Shown here: in pieces, positions 30,695 through 41,683 of the stretch
Layout: each line of letters starts with the position of its first letter
How positions within the stretch are numbered: position 1 is the stretch's first letter
DNA from: Paramoeba atlantica
Taxonomy: Eukaryota > Protista > Discosea
DNA: 64,000 nt
Direction: 5' to 3'
NCBI GenBank assembly: GCA_977017575.1
Contig: CDRNVI010000039.1
Span: 124,001 to 188,000, forward strand
The notes under the pieces: generated by a model
The model's input: the letters and a program-made list of their open reading frames with translations, nothing else
The model's database searches: none
What the model was told of the DNA's origin: nothing
Translations under genes and position numbers: made by a program

Positions 30695-31378
30695 TTAAAC
30701 TGTGTAGGCCAAGTGAGAACCTTTAATTTCAAGACCATTCTCAGCGATTTTCAAGTAGACAAGGGAGGGAGGAAATTTGTTGAGGTCAAGCTCTCCAGTG
30801 AGATGATTGAATTGAATTTGTAAATTGCTCAACGTACCAGGTAGTGCGCCAACTTTTATATCACCTGAAAAGCGATTTCTGTATAACCACAACCACTGCA
30901 AGCCAGGAGGAAGGCGTGTCAGATCCATCTCTCCCTCCAGTCGGTTCGTATCAGCACACAGAGTTTCCACTGTCAAGGGGAACTGAGTTAAATCTAAAGA
31001 ACCGGAGAATATATTGGAATTGATCCAGAAATCACGGAGATTCGGAGGAAGCTCCTGCGGTGTGAGCTCGTGACCCAACGCATTGGATTGGAGGCGTAGA
31101 AAGACGACGCTCTGTGGGAGCCAGGACCACGTCACATTACCACTAAGTCGTTGAGAGCCCCATGAAATGCTATCAACAAGGCCTGCACGGTCCACAGAGA
31201 CGCCCAACCAAGAATCCACTGTTTGTGTGTCGTTCCATGAGAAGTGTAGATTCTGCACATGTTGAAGGAATAACGAAAGCGCTACTTCGGGAGAGAGAAG
31301 GGTGCGGCGGAATTTTTGAGGTTTTCGAGAGGATGAAACATCCGCCGAGAAAACCGGCCCAACAAAAGGGAGGAACAT
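30695..31378 (-). CDS. LRR protein (member 2)
   Basis: Same N-cap (W.....W.GV...G.V..I.W....L.G) and LP..L LRRs. Confidence 0.88.
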   Translation of the reverse strand: MFLPFVGPVFSADVSSSRKPQKFRRTLLSPEVALSLFLQHVQNLHFSWNDTQTVDSWLGVSVDRAGLVDSISWGSQRLSGNVTWSWLPQSVVFLRLQSNALGHELTPQELPPNLRDFWINSNIFSGSLDLTQFPLTVETLCADTNRLEGEMDLTRLPPGLQWLWLYRNRFSGDIKVGALPGTLSNLQIQFNHLTGELDLNKFPPSLVYLKIAENGLEIKGSHLAYTV

Positions 31379-32262
31379 AAAGGCTTATTAAATTACAGGT
31401 GGGGAGGTAGTTACGGAAATAACTATTTACGGATAAAGGATATAAAATTGACGATTTTATCCTTAAATTTTATATTTTATATTCTGCTTAATAAATTGAT
31501 CTATCTATTTAATAAATAGATTATACGCAAATAAATCCGTCATCAGATAAGATTTAAGAAGGTAATTGTCGTGCATTTTCATATGAAAGCAAGAATCTTG
31601 TTTTTGAAGTAAACGAAGAAATATCAAAAGAATAAAAATATCAAATTCTTAATCAAGTTCATTATCTCGAAAGAATATAAAGAATTTCTTTAGAATAAAC
31701 AGAGAAATTAAGGAAATGAAAAGGTTCTTTTTTATAAGGACTAATTTTGCTACGTAACTATGCAAATGTTTTTCAAGATATTCAAGAAAAATATTTCTCG
31801 GAAGGTCACGACGTAAATGAAAAATGTAAGTACGCAAAAGAAAAGCAGATAGAAACACAAAATATAATTGAATAAACCATGAAGGCCCAAAAAGTATGAA
31901 ACAAGAAACTGAAAAAAATAATATGTAGCTGCAAAAATCGGAGAAAGTGCAGCACAAGACTTCGTGTTTAGAAAACTAGGTACTGTTTACTACTATGAAT
32001 CTGTACTAAAAGAGTATAGCAAGGACTAAAGAATGGAACAACAAAATGAATGACTCCAATTTCAAAGGAAAAATCATTTTTCAATAAACTGTGTTTATTG
32101 CTAATAAAGTGTTTATAAGTCTGTTTAAAGTAACATTAAGAATCTAACAACAAAATCCAAAACCATAAGCTACAACATCTTAAGCCTACTTTGTGGCATT
32201 TCTTAACCTATCTTTCCGTACAAAAATCTGTTACCTCTTAACTAGTAACCTTTGAACAGTGG

Positions 32263-33426
32263 CTAAACAATAACCTTACGCTCAAAAGCCAACAATAGAT
32301 CTTCGTTGGGTTTCTGTGGGAGCATTTGTGTACGCTCATGCATCTTGCGCGCCGGAATCAAAAACCCAGAAAAGAAATTGTTTGAGACGTTCACCTCTGT
32401 TTCCTCACTGTATGCCGTCAAACGGACATCGCCGTAGAATTTGTTGTGGCTGAGGTCCAACTTGACGAGAGTTGCCTCTGCTGAAGACATCAATGGCTCC
32501 CCACTGAGTTGATTCTGGCTGAGATCGAGTTCCCGCAGGGAGGATGGAAGATTTGCTACGTTTACTACACCCTCAAAACGGTTGTCGCTTGCATTAAACA
32601 CTTTCAAACATTGAGGAATCAGGATAGTGGTGCTTTCTGTGTCGCGAGACTCTAGGCTAGTTGCGCAGTTACCGGATAATTCTACACAACAACCCGATTT
32701 CACATTGAATACGAATCGATGGGAGAGCTGCGTAAGGTTGAGAGATCCGCTGAGCCGATTGGAGAACAGTAAAAGTGTTGTAAGTCGACAGGGAAGGCGA
32801 TGCAAGGCGACTTCTCCCTCAAACGCGTTACTGCTGACGTCGAGTTCCTCCAAGTTTTGCGGCAAAGCCTTCAAGTCCAGAGGTCCACTCAGTCGGTTGT
32901 TCGAAACGTTTAACGTGATGAGTTGGTTTGGAAGGCTTGAGACGGGGAGAAATCCAGTAAACTTGTTGTGGCTGAGATTGGCATACTTTAAGTTTGGAGC
33001 GCAAGAGAAGAAATCAACACTTCCGGAGAACTCGTTGTTGGAGACGTCCAGTCGAGTGAGGGTGGATAGATGGGGAAGGGTTATGCTACCGGAAAGACTA
33101 TTGTTTCCGAGATTCATGATGGCCGTGGTACGAGGCAACGCATCCCAGTGAGGTGGTCCGGAAAGCAGGAATGTAGAACCGTTGTCTGAAGCACGATGCC
33201 AATTGAGAATCACAGATTCACTGCGTACATCCACTTTGGTAAAATTGCTTCGTGAGTGTATTGGAGAATCCAACTCGGAGGTGTCCCCGTCCTGAGTTAG
33301 ACGCAACGATGAAGTGAATTGTTCGACCGAATTTGTAAGATGTTCACGAATTCGAGAATCTGAATCGGATGCGCTGTCACTCGTAGACATGGAGAACGTA
33401 GAAAAATGCTGTAGTGTAAATATCAA
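32263..33426 (-). CDS. LRR protein (member 3, longer, divergent N-cap)
   Basis: About nine LxxLxLSxNxFxG repeats with one non-LRR insertion. Confidence 0.88.
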   Translation of the reverse strand: MIFTLQHFSTFSMSTSDSASDSDSRIREHLTNSVEQFTSSLRLTQDGDTSELDSPIHSRSNFTKVDVRSESVILNWHRASDNGSTFLLSGPPHWDALPRTTAIMNLGNNSLSGSITLPHLSTLTRLDVSNNEFSGSVDFFSCAPNLKYANLSHNKFTGFLPVSSLPNQLITLNVSNNRLSGPLDLKALPQNLEELDVSSNAFEGEVALHRLPCRLTTLLLFSNRLSGSLNLTQLSHRFVFNVKSGCCVELSGNCATSLESRDTESTTILIPQCLKVFNASDNRFEGVVNVANLPSSLRELDLSQNQLSGEPLMSSAEATLVKLDLSHNKFYGDVRLTAYSEETEVNVSNNFFSGFLIPARKMHERTQMLPQKPNEDLLLAFERKVIV

Positions 33427-33552
33427 AACTCAAAAGCTGAAGAACATTTACCCACAACCGCTAATACCAGTACACCACAAATATTGCTTACTATAGTTCC
33501 AGGAGGAGAAATAATAATATTTGTTATAATATCTGTTGCCCAGGCAACATAC

Positions 33553-33634
33553 TACTGTTACCCCCTATACTTATCCCCTTCGTTTTAGGTCAAAGGCCAT
33601 AGTTTTAGGATAAGTAAGGGGGAGTGTAACGGTA
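33553..33634. repeat. Degenerate ~80-bp inverted-repeat element
   Basis: tactgttaccccctatacttatcc versus ggataagtaagggggagtgtaacggta. Confidence 0.5.
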
Positions 33635-33964
33635 TTCTTACCAATAAATATCTGTTTTGTGCAAGATAACGTTAAAAAAAGATATTTTCACATCGAACCG
33701 GCAATGGTAACTTTCAAAGAAAAGAAGCAAATGACGCAAACATAAATGAATCCTGGAAGCATTGAAAAATGCTCCGTGGACCAATCTTAAATGCCTACTA
33801 CACTACAGCCCAAAAACAATACGTACTTCGAATTTAAAAATTCGAATAGAAATCAGAATCATTTACCACTATAAACAATCGCAGGGAAAAAATGAAACCA
33901 AAAACACTGAGTTTCTTTTGATTCGCATTGTTCGACAAGGAACGGGTTGTCGTCGAGTGCTCGA

Positions 33965-34708
33965 TCAGTCCTCCAATGTCTTCACGACCACACATTGTTT
34001 CACAATTCTGGTCCCCTCAATGCTGACCGAAGTCAAAGTTTTTGGAAGTAGATCCTCCCAGAGCTCCCCAGAGAGCTCCTTGTTGAAATTCAGATGAAGC
34101 TGCTGCAAATACGGCGGCAGAGAGCCAAGATTCACCTCCCCACTCAACCGATTAGCGCTCAAATCCAACCACCGCAGCGTCACCGGTAGCGCCGCCAAAT
34201 CCGGCGTCCCCACAAACAAATTATCCCCAATCACAAGACTACGCAGTCCCGGCGGCAACCTCCCCGTCTCCACGCCCCCCGTAATGTAGTTAAACCGGTA
34301 CTCCCCCTCGACCACCACCATGGCGAGATCCACATACAACGTCGAGGAGGGGAGAAAGGCCCACTGGAGAGGCCCCCTTAACCCCAGCCCCTCCCACAGC
34401 AGCGAGCTCACCCCCCCGTCCCCCCCACACCCTACGCGGTACCACGCACACGCCGGGGTGTGGGTCGACCAGCTGGGGTAGACGTGGGAGAGACGGGAGA
34501 CGAGACGGGCGAGTTGGTACTCCGCGGGGATCCCGACCCCCTGGACTTTGGAGGGGCCGCGTTTGCGTTTACGAGAGGAGGAGGTGGTGGTGGTAGAGGA
34601 AGAAGAGGAAGAGGAAGAGGAAGAAGAAGAGGAAGCGGGTTCGGTGAAACGACACCTGGGGGAGAGAAGGGGGGAGAGGAAGAGGAGGGGGAGAGCGAGG
34701 TGAAACAT
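33965..34708 (-). CDS. LRR protein (member 4, GC-rich, poly-Ser/Thr insert)
   Basis: YPSWSTHTPACAWYRVGC, LP.gL..L...dN.f.G repeats. Confidence 0.88.
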   Translation of the reverse strand: MFHLALPLLFLSPLLSPRCRFTEPASSSSSSSSSSSSSTTTTSSSRKRKRGPSKVQGVGIPAEYQLARLVSRLSHVYPSWSTHTPACAWYRVGCGGDGGVSSLLWEGLGLRGPLQWAFLPSSTLYVDLAMVVVEGEYRFNYITGGVETGRLPPGLRSLVIGDNLFVGTPDLAALPVTLRWLDLSANRLSGEVNLGSLPPYLQQLHLNFNKELSGELWEDLLPKTLTSVSIEGTRIVKQCVVVKTLED

Positions 34709-34780
34709 GGGGGGGGGGAGAAAAGCGTGGGAGAGGGAGGGAGGAGGGTAGGAAAGAAAAGGAGTGGCTAATGGGAGGTA
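34050..34780. other. GC-skew island over LRR member 4
   Basis: C-rich 34050-34450, switch ~34460, G/A-rich 34470-34780 running past the ATG. Confidence 0.85.
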
Positions 34781-35094
34781 TATATAAGAAAGGTGTTGAA
34801 ATGGAGGTAGGTATCATACCGTGTACGGGAAAAGTTTTCATTATTGATTGGGCACAGATCAAGTTTAATATTGTTACTGTGTCACCACTCACTTTGCAAA
34901 ATTTTATGAAACTTTCGGGATGAAGCTCTCTTCCTTATAAAAGGGGGACTGTTCGGTGTCTGTTGGGACCTGGGGCGTTGGTAATACACCTGAAGTTTTA
35001 GTAAATGAGCCCCTTTTAATTGTTATTCAGACGAAGTATAAATTTAGTTTTTTAATTGAAATTTAATAAAGCAACAAAAAAAAAGATTAAGCTG

Positions 35095-35802
35095 CTATTT
35101 GTTTGGCGCGCGGTGTACCTGAGGAACTTTGGGTATGTCTGGCATTTCGACAAACAATGGAACTTCATTTAATGAGGTTACTAGCGTGTTTCTTAAGTCT
35201 ATTTCTTGAACAGAAGCAGGCAAGAAAGAAAAATCAGCCGTCCCACCAAACATGTTTTCACTCAACCGAAGAATTTGTATTTCTGCTGGGAGCTTGGTGA
35301 AATCAAGAAGACCGGAGAGCATATTTTGCGCAGTGTTAAGGCGGAGAAGAGCCGTGGGAAGACTCGTAAGATATAATGCTCCAACAAAGCTACACGCAAA
35401 TAGCCCAATTTCCTCCACACACTGTGGAAAAGAGCCAAGATCCACAGTGCCGCCTAGTTCAAAGTTGCAACCAAGATTAAGCTTTCGGACGGAATAGGGG
35501 AGTGTCCCCCATTCCACAACGCCTGAGATTCCCATATTCCCCCAAAGAACTTGGTCTACTCGACCATTTGCATCGCAATATACATCCTTCCATTCACATG
35601 CAGGTGTAGTTATTACCCAAGAAGGGTGCACGTTCTCCATACCTTTTATGAAGCGGACCAGATCGTACTCTTGTGGGAGATTTCCAAGGACGCGACTTGG
35701 CGGGGCGTTATGACGCTCATCCGAGCTGGGAAAAAGAAGGAACATTATCACAACAGAATGTACTACATGACAAATATGTTGTAGAATGCTATGAACTGGC
35801 AT
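35095..35802 (-). CDS. LRR protein (member 5)
   Basis: HPSWVITTPACEWKDVYC, LP..l..L.l..N.l.G repeats. Confidence 0.88.
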   Translation of the reverse strand: MPVHSILQHICHVVHSVVIMFLLFPSSDERHNAPPSRVLGNLPQEYDLVRFIKGMENVHPSWVITTPACEWKDVYCDANGRVDQVLWGNMGISGVVEWGTLPYSVRKLNLGCNFELGGTVDLGSFPQCVEEIGLFACSFVGALYLTSLPTALLRLNTAQNMLSGLLDFTKLPAEIQILRLSENMFGGTADFSFLPASVQEIDLRNTLVTSLNEVPLFVEMPDIPKVPQVHRAPNK

Positions 35803-35902
35803 ACTGCCACTTAAGATCGTAGTATTAAAGAAATGTCCAACCCAATATTACGAAAAAAGCAGGAAATACAAAATTTATAGTATTCTAAAAAACCCCACTT
35901 TA

Positions 35903-36760
35903 TTAAATAGTAATACAAGGCGAAAGAGGCATAGGAAATGTCAAAGTATATTTATTGTTTTCAAGGTTAACGGCGCGAAGGGATGGTGGAAAAGCGACCA
36001 AGTCCACGGTCCCAACAAAACAATTTCCCCCAAGAAACACATCTTTCAAAGATTTCGGCAAGTTTCTGAGGGTGATGTCGCCTTCCAATGCGTTGTCTGA
36101 CAAGTACAGCGCAGTCAAATTGCGCGGAAGGCGTGTCAAATCGATGGTTCCCTCAAAACAATTACGTTGTAAATATAGCTGCTGCAAAGAATCCGGAAGT
36201 AGAGTCAAATCCAATTTTCCCGTAAGCTTGTTTTTCGTTAAGGAAATGATTCTTATTTGTTGTGGAAGCTTCGTAAGATCAAGTGGCCCACTGAAACGGT
36301 TCTGTGCGGACCAAATCTCATCCAAAACAGATGGAAGAGAAGTCGCATCAAAAAATCCACTAAAGTTATTATACTCAATATCTATATAAGAAAGCTGTGA
36401 AGAGAAATGCAGCGTTGGTACAGATCCTGTAAGATTGTTTCGACCGACTCTCAGTGTGGTCAAGGTTGATGGTAAATATTCCCATGCAAGATGTCCTTGC
36501 AGATCACGATAGGTCCAGCTGATTCGTTTTATTTTCTGTTCTCCGTCGCACCAAACTCCGTACCACGTGCATGCAGAACTGTCATTAAACATGTTACTAC
36601 TCTTCGCGTGGACGTTTGAAACGAAACAACACATTTCCATATCCTGTGAAAGTAGAGCGCCTCGAACCTTTCCGCGACATGAAGAGGTGACAATGCCCTT
36701 GTCGTCTTTTGCACATAAATTGTGCACCAAAATACCGAATAAAAAAATAAACATCATCAT
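35903..36760 (-). CDS. LRR protein (member 6)
   Basis: Hydrophobic N-terminus, SACTWYGVWC cap, about seven LRRs. Confidence 0.9.
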   Translation of the reverse strand: MMMFIFLFGILVHNLCAKDDKGIVTSSCRGKVRGALLSQDMEMCCFVSNVHAKSSNMFNDSSACTWYGVWCDGEQKIKRISWTYRDLQGHLAWEYLPSTLTTLRVGRNNLTGSVPTLHFSSQLSYIDIEYNNFSGFFDATSLPSVLDEIWSAQNRFSGPLDLTKLPQQIRIISLTKNKLTGKLDLTLLPDSLQQLYLQRNCFEGTIDLTRLPRNLTALYLSDNALEGDITLRNLPKSLKDVFLGGNCFVGTVDLVAFPPSLRAVNLENNKYTLTFPMPLSPCITI

Positions 36761-37187
36761 GCAATGTATAATCTAATAGAAAATCCACGATTTAGCATCC
36801 TAGAAGTATACGTGTACGTGACAAAAAATTTATTTATTCAGGAGTCAATAAACAAGTGATTTAGACGTCTACTTTTCAATATACAGGACAGACTTCTCTC
36901 CCTTCTCTACAGGACAGGCGAGATATCAATAGCAGCAAGCGTGGAAATTCTCACGAAATAGAAATAGTGCTTCTGTGTTTCATTTTTTGCAATAATATTT
37001 CATTCGCCTAATAAAGTTACGAAAAAATATTTAATTCGTTTTTTTCCATCTCAAGTAGTCAAGTAGCAAGAAACTATGTAGAAAAAGAAAAATCAAGTTA
37101 AATGATAAAGGTCAAAAAGTCAAGACGTACATGCATGTAATGCACAGTTCAAAAAGTATAAATGAAGATCTAATGGAAATTCAGGTT

Positions 37188-37937
37188 CTATTCATTGCAG
37201 AGCACCATTTTCGAATTCGGCTTCCAAGGCATGAAACATGAAGCATATTTTGGCAAAGGCTTCGGATAGTTCACCACAGAAAACGAAACTTTGGATTTTA
37301 GTGACTTTAATTTGGAAAAAGCCGGATCAATACTCAATGTTTCCTTTGAAGAGCATGATTCAGAGGGTGTAGAATACATGGGGGATGCGCAATATCGTGA
37401 AGAAAGTATCGCAGTACCACTAGTTTCCTTATTTAGATAAGTGGAATCCTTCTGAAGACAGCGGTCAGTATTCTTTCCGGGACATTTTCGCGCTTCTGTA
37501 AAGTGCGAGCCTAGACAGTGGTTTGCTCTGGGACCACATTCTAATTGAGAACTTCTTTTTTGTCGTACATGTCGATGTGACGCGTTCTGTCGTTCATATC
37601 GAGTCTGAAATGAAAAAATTACTTCTTCAGAAGACGCAAATGAAGGATTTACTACGTGGTTCCTTTGTCTAGTACGAATATGTGTGCGTAGAAGGTCATA
37701 TGACTCTCTCAAGCGAATAAAGCACGTCACATCCCCACCAGGGACATCTGGATGAAGTTTAAGAGCTTGATTACAAAAGGCACGCCGTAAAGTATTTTCA
37801 CTAAGGAACCGGAAGGATGACTCGCAGCTAAGAGCATGAATAGGGATGCGTGTTTCAAGGTGCAGAACCCGCAATGCATCAGTCAATGGGCTCGATCGAG
37901 GAAAATCTTTTAGAAGAGTTGAAGGCATGAAAAACAC
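37188..37937 (-). CDS. J-domain (DnaJ-like) protein
   Basis: LRRAF...ALKLHPDVPGGD...F.RLRESYDLL (HPD motif). Confidence 0.7.
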   Translation of the reverse strand: MFFMPSTLLKDFPRSSPLTDALRVLHLETRIPIHALSCESSFRFLSENTLRRAFCNQALKLHPDVPGGDVTCFIRLRESYDLLRTHIRTRQRNHVVNPSFASSEEVIFSFQTRYERQNASHRHVRQKRSSQLECGPRANHCLGSHFTEARKCPGKNTDRCLQKDSTYLNKETSGTAILSSRYCASPMYSTPSESCSSKETLSIDPAFSKLKSLKSKVSFSVVNYPKPLPKYASCFMPWKPNSKMVLCNE

Positions 37938-38173
37938 GATTCATAAAAGATACAAAGAGAAATACGTAAAAAAATAGACAGTCACCAAGCCACCTATATG
38001 TGTCACTAAGGTAGTGAGAAGATGTTTCACAATTTTATTTCAACAGTGAAACATTATTCAACCATAAGGAGGATTGTTAAACGCACATCATACCACCAAT
38101 TTCAGGTTGCGGCATCCAAAGGATATCCTATGCAACCAACCTTGGTTCGATGCAAATAAGCATCCTATGGGTA

Positions 38174-38659
38174 TTAGATAAATTTTGTTGCGTGACTATC
38201 CATCAAAAGCCCAAGTATTAAACCATAAAGCCCAAGCGCCTCTGAAAAAATCAACATCAAAATCATTGGCGTAAAAATACGATCCTGCTCAATAAACGTA
38301 CGCGCACAACTATCCCCCACAATCCCAATCGTATATCCTGCCGCCAACGAGGAGAGCCCCACCGCAATCCCCGCACCCAAATGCATACACCCGGCAGGTA
38401 TCGAATACCTCCCCACCGGGGTGATGTGGTTTTGTATAATCACGGCCGCAATCAGGCCGTAGATCGAGAGGATCCCTGCCATCACGATCGGGACGAATCC
38501 CTTCATCATCCCACTCTTCCGGCCCACACCGAGACGCGCCACGCTGACCCCTGCCTTGGCCGTGCCATAGGCCGCGCCCACGTTGGAGAGCGACATGGCG
38601 AAGGTAACCCCGAGGTGACCGAGAAGTACAGCCACGGGGGAGTGCGCGGGATGAGACAT
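38174..38659 (-). CDS. V-type H+-ATPase proteolipid subunit (c/c'), 161 aa
   Basis: GAAYGTAKAG, PIVMAGILSIYGL, GYTIGIVGD, MILMLIFSEALGLYGLI. Likely ATG at 38659. Confidence 0.95.
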   Translation of the reverse strand: MSHPAHSPVAVLLGHLGVTFAMSLSNVGAAYGTAKAGVSVARLGVGRKSGMMKGFVPIVMAGILSIYGLIAAVIIQNHITPVGRYSIPAGCMHLGAGIAVGLSSLAAGYTIGIVGDSCARTFIEQDRIFTPMILMLIFSEALGLYGLILGLLMDSHATKFI

Positions 38660-38830
38660 GGGGATGAGGGAGAAGAAGAAAGGATCTAAATTATTATTAC
38701 AATTATTATTATTATTATTATGTGCATGTTTTGTTTTGTCGGTTTTTTGTTGTGAAATTAAAAAAAAAAGATGAGGTGTGTGAGGTGTTGGAAGGGGATG
38801 TAGGTTGAAGAAAAGTGGAAACAAGGCGGG
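38220..38830. other. GC-skew island over the V-ATPase c gene
   Basis: C-rich 38220-38420, GC core to ~38640, G-rich 5' flank interrupted by a (TTA)n tract. Confidence 0.65.
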
Positions 38831-39051
38831 GTAAATTTTTTGTATTCCAGATTTTGAGTGAGCTATCCAATCCGGATTGTACAAACGGCTATACCTATAG
38901 TGTGGCTTTAGTGGAAAAAAGGGATTGGAAGGATATTGAGGAAGTGAAAGAATAAGGGGTACATCCTTACCATTCAGTAATGTCCAGAGAAATAACTCAA
39001 GACACGATCCGTTATAAAAAAATGTGAAGAAAGTGCCGCGCTAACGTTGTG

Positions 39052-40140
39052 TCAGGAGAGTTTTAAGGAAGAAAGCAAACGTGAGCCCAAATCGTATACC
39101 TGAGCCGTTTTCTTAACCACATCTGGCCTACTGGATTTCGAATTTTCTTCTTGTACGTGCTCTACGAAGCCTAAAACAGTTGTTTCAACCGACTCCATGA
39201 ATTGAGGATGCTTTGAGGCGACAATCGGTTGCCCGTTGCCGTCTTCCTCTATAAGATAGGTGGGATCACTGAGAATATAATCTACGTAGGATCGATACAA
39301 ATGTTGAAAGGCGTCTAATCTCGGCGAAGCTTTACCTGTAGGTATTACGCGAAGCCAATCACCCGCTAAACTACTTAGTGAAGAATTTCGGGAAACACTA
39401 ATCGGCTTTCGAGAGGAAGAAAAAGAAAACCGACCTTGAAGGTGCTTGCTATTTATAGATTTTGTTGTGCCCAGTACGATTCTGAGGGGAGTATCACACT
39501 GAAAACAGTAAAGGTAAAGATTTTGTAAAGAAATGCAACGCGGATTTAAAGAATTGTAAGTCCCCTTATCGGACTCTGTGGATAACAGAGCTAAATAAGT
39601 GTGTAGAGCACTTGCACAAAACAAAATACGATTTAACTGAGATGAATTTACCTCATTGGAAACCGTCATGTGCTGAACCACGTGGTCGGTTGAAAACTGT
39701 GTAGGTTGCCTTCCAGTTGTGAGGTGAGTAGACACATTAGCAGTACTCAGGGTACTGTACTGCTGATGGAAGATAAGATGTCCTGCGTTGTTTAGAAACC
39801 ACAAAAAAAGAATTGTTGGGGCCATGTCGCGCTCAGTCTCTCCATATACAGAGGTAAATACAGTTTGAAGTTCATTTAATATGGATTCCTTCTGTGAAGA
39901 GGAGTGACAAGAGTGAGTGTTCGGTGAAGATAACGCAGAGGCGTCATTATGTGTTGCGTTTGATCGTGATCGGTTATCGTTGGAAGAAATGGTTGATGTT
40001 TGTTGAACAAACTCCGTGGAAACATGAGGGTACTCACTTTTCACTTTTTGTGAGCAATTGGATGAACCAAGGAAAGAAAAAAGGTCGTCCAAGGATTGGC
40101 TTGGTGCGTGATTCATTAGAGACACAAAACGGAGTTTCAT
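39052..40140 (-). CDS. TRAPP complex sybindin-family subunit (Trs23/TRAPPC4-like)
   Basis: FLNNAGHLIF, LYCFQCDT.LRIVL.T, LYRSYVDYILSDPTY...QPI longin-like motifs. Confidence 0.7.
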   Translation of the reverse strand: MKLRFVSLMNHAPSQSLDDLFSFLGSSNCSQKVKSEYPHVSTEFVQQTSTISSNDNRSRSNATHNDASALSSPNTHSCHSSSQKESILNELQTVFTSVYGETERDMAPTILFLWFLNNAGHLIFHQQYSTLSTANVSTHLTTGRQPTQFSTDHVVQHMTVSNEVNSSQLNRILFCASALHTYLALLSTESDKGTYNSLNPRCISLQNLYLYCFQCDTPLRIVLGTTKSINSKHLQGRFSFSSSRKPISVSRNSSLSSLAGDWLRVIPTGKASPRLDAFQHLYRSYVDYILSDPTYLIEEDGNGQPIVASKHPQFMESVETTVLGFVEHVQEENSKSSRPDVVKKTAQVYDLGSRLLSSLKLS

Positions 40141-40404
40141 AAAACCGTATCACGAACGCCGACGTGCATACTCATTGTAATACACTTCATGTATTCAGAA
40201 GTACGTACAGAAAATTAGAACGGAAAACTTAGGACCCTTGAAAAGGATAAAAATTGCTTTATGATGTGCCCTTTATTCTATATTATTTAAATGCATAACG
40301 TATTTTCGTATAAGAGGAGATTGCTATACCAGAATAAATGTACAGTCAGTGAAATTTCAAAGCGAATATTTCAAGAGAACGTTGCATTACTCCATAGCTA
40401 CGGA

Positions 40405-41343
40405 CTACATACTAAAAGGCAGTATGATATCCTGAATAACCGCCCCACATTCAGGCACCGGGCATTGCGTCACCGCTTCGGCACACTTTCTACACAAAAC
40501 TTGATGTTTGCAAGGATAACAAATGACTTCACAAGGTTGACTCTCACACATACGACACCTTGCTTTCTGTTTAAGCGCGTTTCGAACGAGTTCTAAAAAC
40601 GATAACACCTTAGCTTGCAACGAATGAAGCTCATCAGGATGTAAACCCGGGAGCTCCCGTAGCGTCGGCAGCAACTCATGTGTCTCACGAAACTGCTGCA
40701 TAAGATGTTCCCGTAACCCCTCTATGTCGGTACTCCCCTCCAAGCCCTCCACCCCTACTCCCCCCTCTCTAGGGCTTCCCTGGAGGTACCCCGCGCCCTC
40801 CTCCCTCCCCCCAGCTCTCCCCTCCACACCACACTTCCGCAGCTGCGCCCGTAGCAGCCCCGCCCGTATGGCGATCTGCGAGGGGGTGAGCACCAGACTC
40901 CCGCTCTGGGCCATGTGCCCCATCCAGGCGTCGTACTCGGTGTCGCGGATCGGGCTGTTGGAGATGGAGTTCAGCTGGACGCGGTTCCCCAGCGGCGTCG
41001 TGTGCACACTCTCCGGGAGCTCAATCAGGAAGTGGATCTCCGTGAGGCGCTGGTCCCAGGTGAACCCGCTGTACGGGGGGCCGCGACGCACACCGCGTAG
41101 CACCGCGAGGTGGTAGTCGTTGGTTTGGGGGGGAGGGGGGGAGGGCTCGGGGGGGGTGGGATCGTGGGTCAGCGCGGAAGGGGGACGGATCTCGAGAAGG
41201 ACACGGACGAAGCAACCGTCACAGAGCTCGGTGAGTTCGGACTCGGGGAGGGTAAGGAGACGAACCAGGGTGGTGCGGAGGAGTTGTAGGGTGCTAAGGT
41301 CCTCTTTGGTGGGTAACGGGGTGCCGTCGTGGGTGTGATGCAT
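40405..41343 (-). CDS. Plus-3 domain + C-terminal C3HC4 RING protein
   Basis: LSTLQLLRTTL..L......L....GCFVRV, LNSISNSPI...EY..W; CRMC..PC.H..LC..C....CPV.EC. Confidence 0.8.
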   Translation of the reverse strand: MHHTHDGTPLPTKEDLSTLQLLRTTLVRLLTLPESELTELCDGCFVRVLLEIRPPSALTHDPTPPEPSPPPPQTNDYHLAVLRGVRRGPPYSGFTWDQRLTEIHFLIELPESVHTTPLGNRVQLNSISNSPIRDTEYDAWMGHMAQSGSLVLTPSQIAIRAGLLRAQLRKCGVEGRAGGREEGAGYLQGSPREGGVGVEGLEGSTDIEGLREHLMQQFRETHELLPTLRELPGLHPDELHSLQAKVLSFLELVRNALKQKARCRMCESQPCEVICYPCKHQVLCRKCAEAVTQCPVPECGAVIQDIILPFSM

Positions 41344-41370
41344 GGGAAAGGGGGGAGGGGAGATGAAAGG
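40700..41370. other. GC-skew island over the Plus3-RING gene
   Basis: C-tracts 40700-40870, GC core, G-tracts 41110-41370 extending into the 5' flank. Confidence 0.85.
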
Positions 41371-41683
41371 GTAAATGAAAAAAAGTGCTAAAAATAAAGA
41401 GTTCTAGTTGTTTGGGATGACTAGAAGGTTTTGTTTTTAGAAAGCAAATTAACAATGCATCAAGCCATCGGATTGCTGTGAGAAACATGCTGAAAATAGA
41501 TGGAGCGAGAATTAGGTGCTTCTTTTAGCGCGATCGTCTTCAACATGGAAATCAACACTACGGTGGGCTTCGAGCTAAAAACTACTTCCCAGTTTCACAA
41601 AGAAAATATCCTTGTTTTTGAGAGGAGTCCAAATAAAAGTATGGAATCGTGAGATCGTTGCTCTAAGTGTCCTTGAGTTGTTA

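Noticed and set aside
31649-31957. 102-aa hydrophobic ORF; similarly 47317-47583
   Set aside because: Derived from A-rich/pyrimidine intergenic tracts; no motif or codon support.
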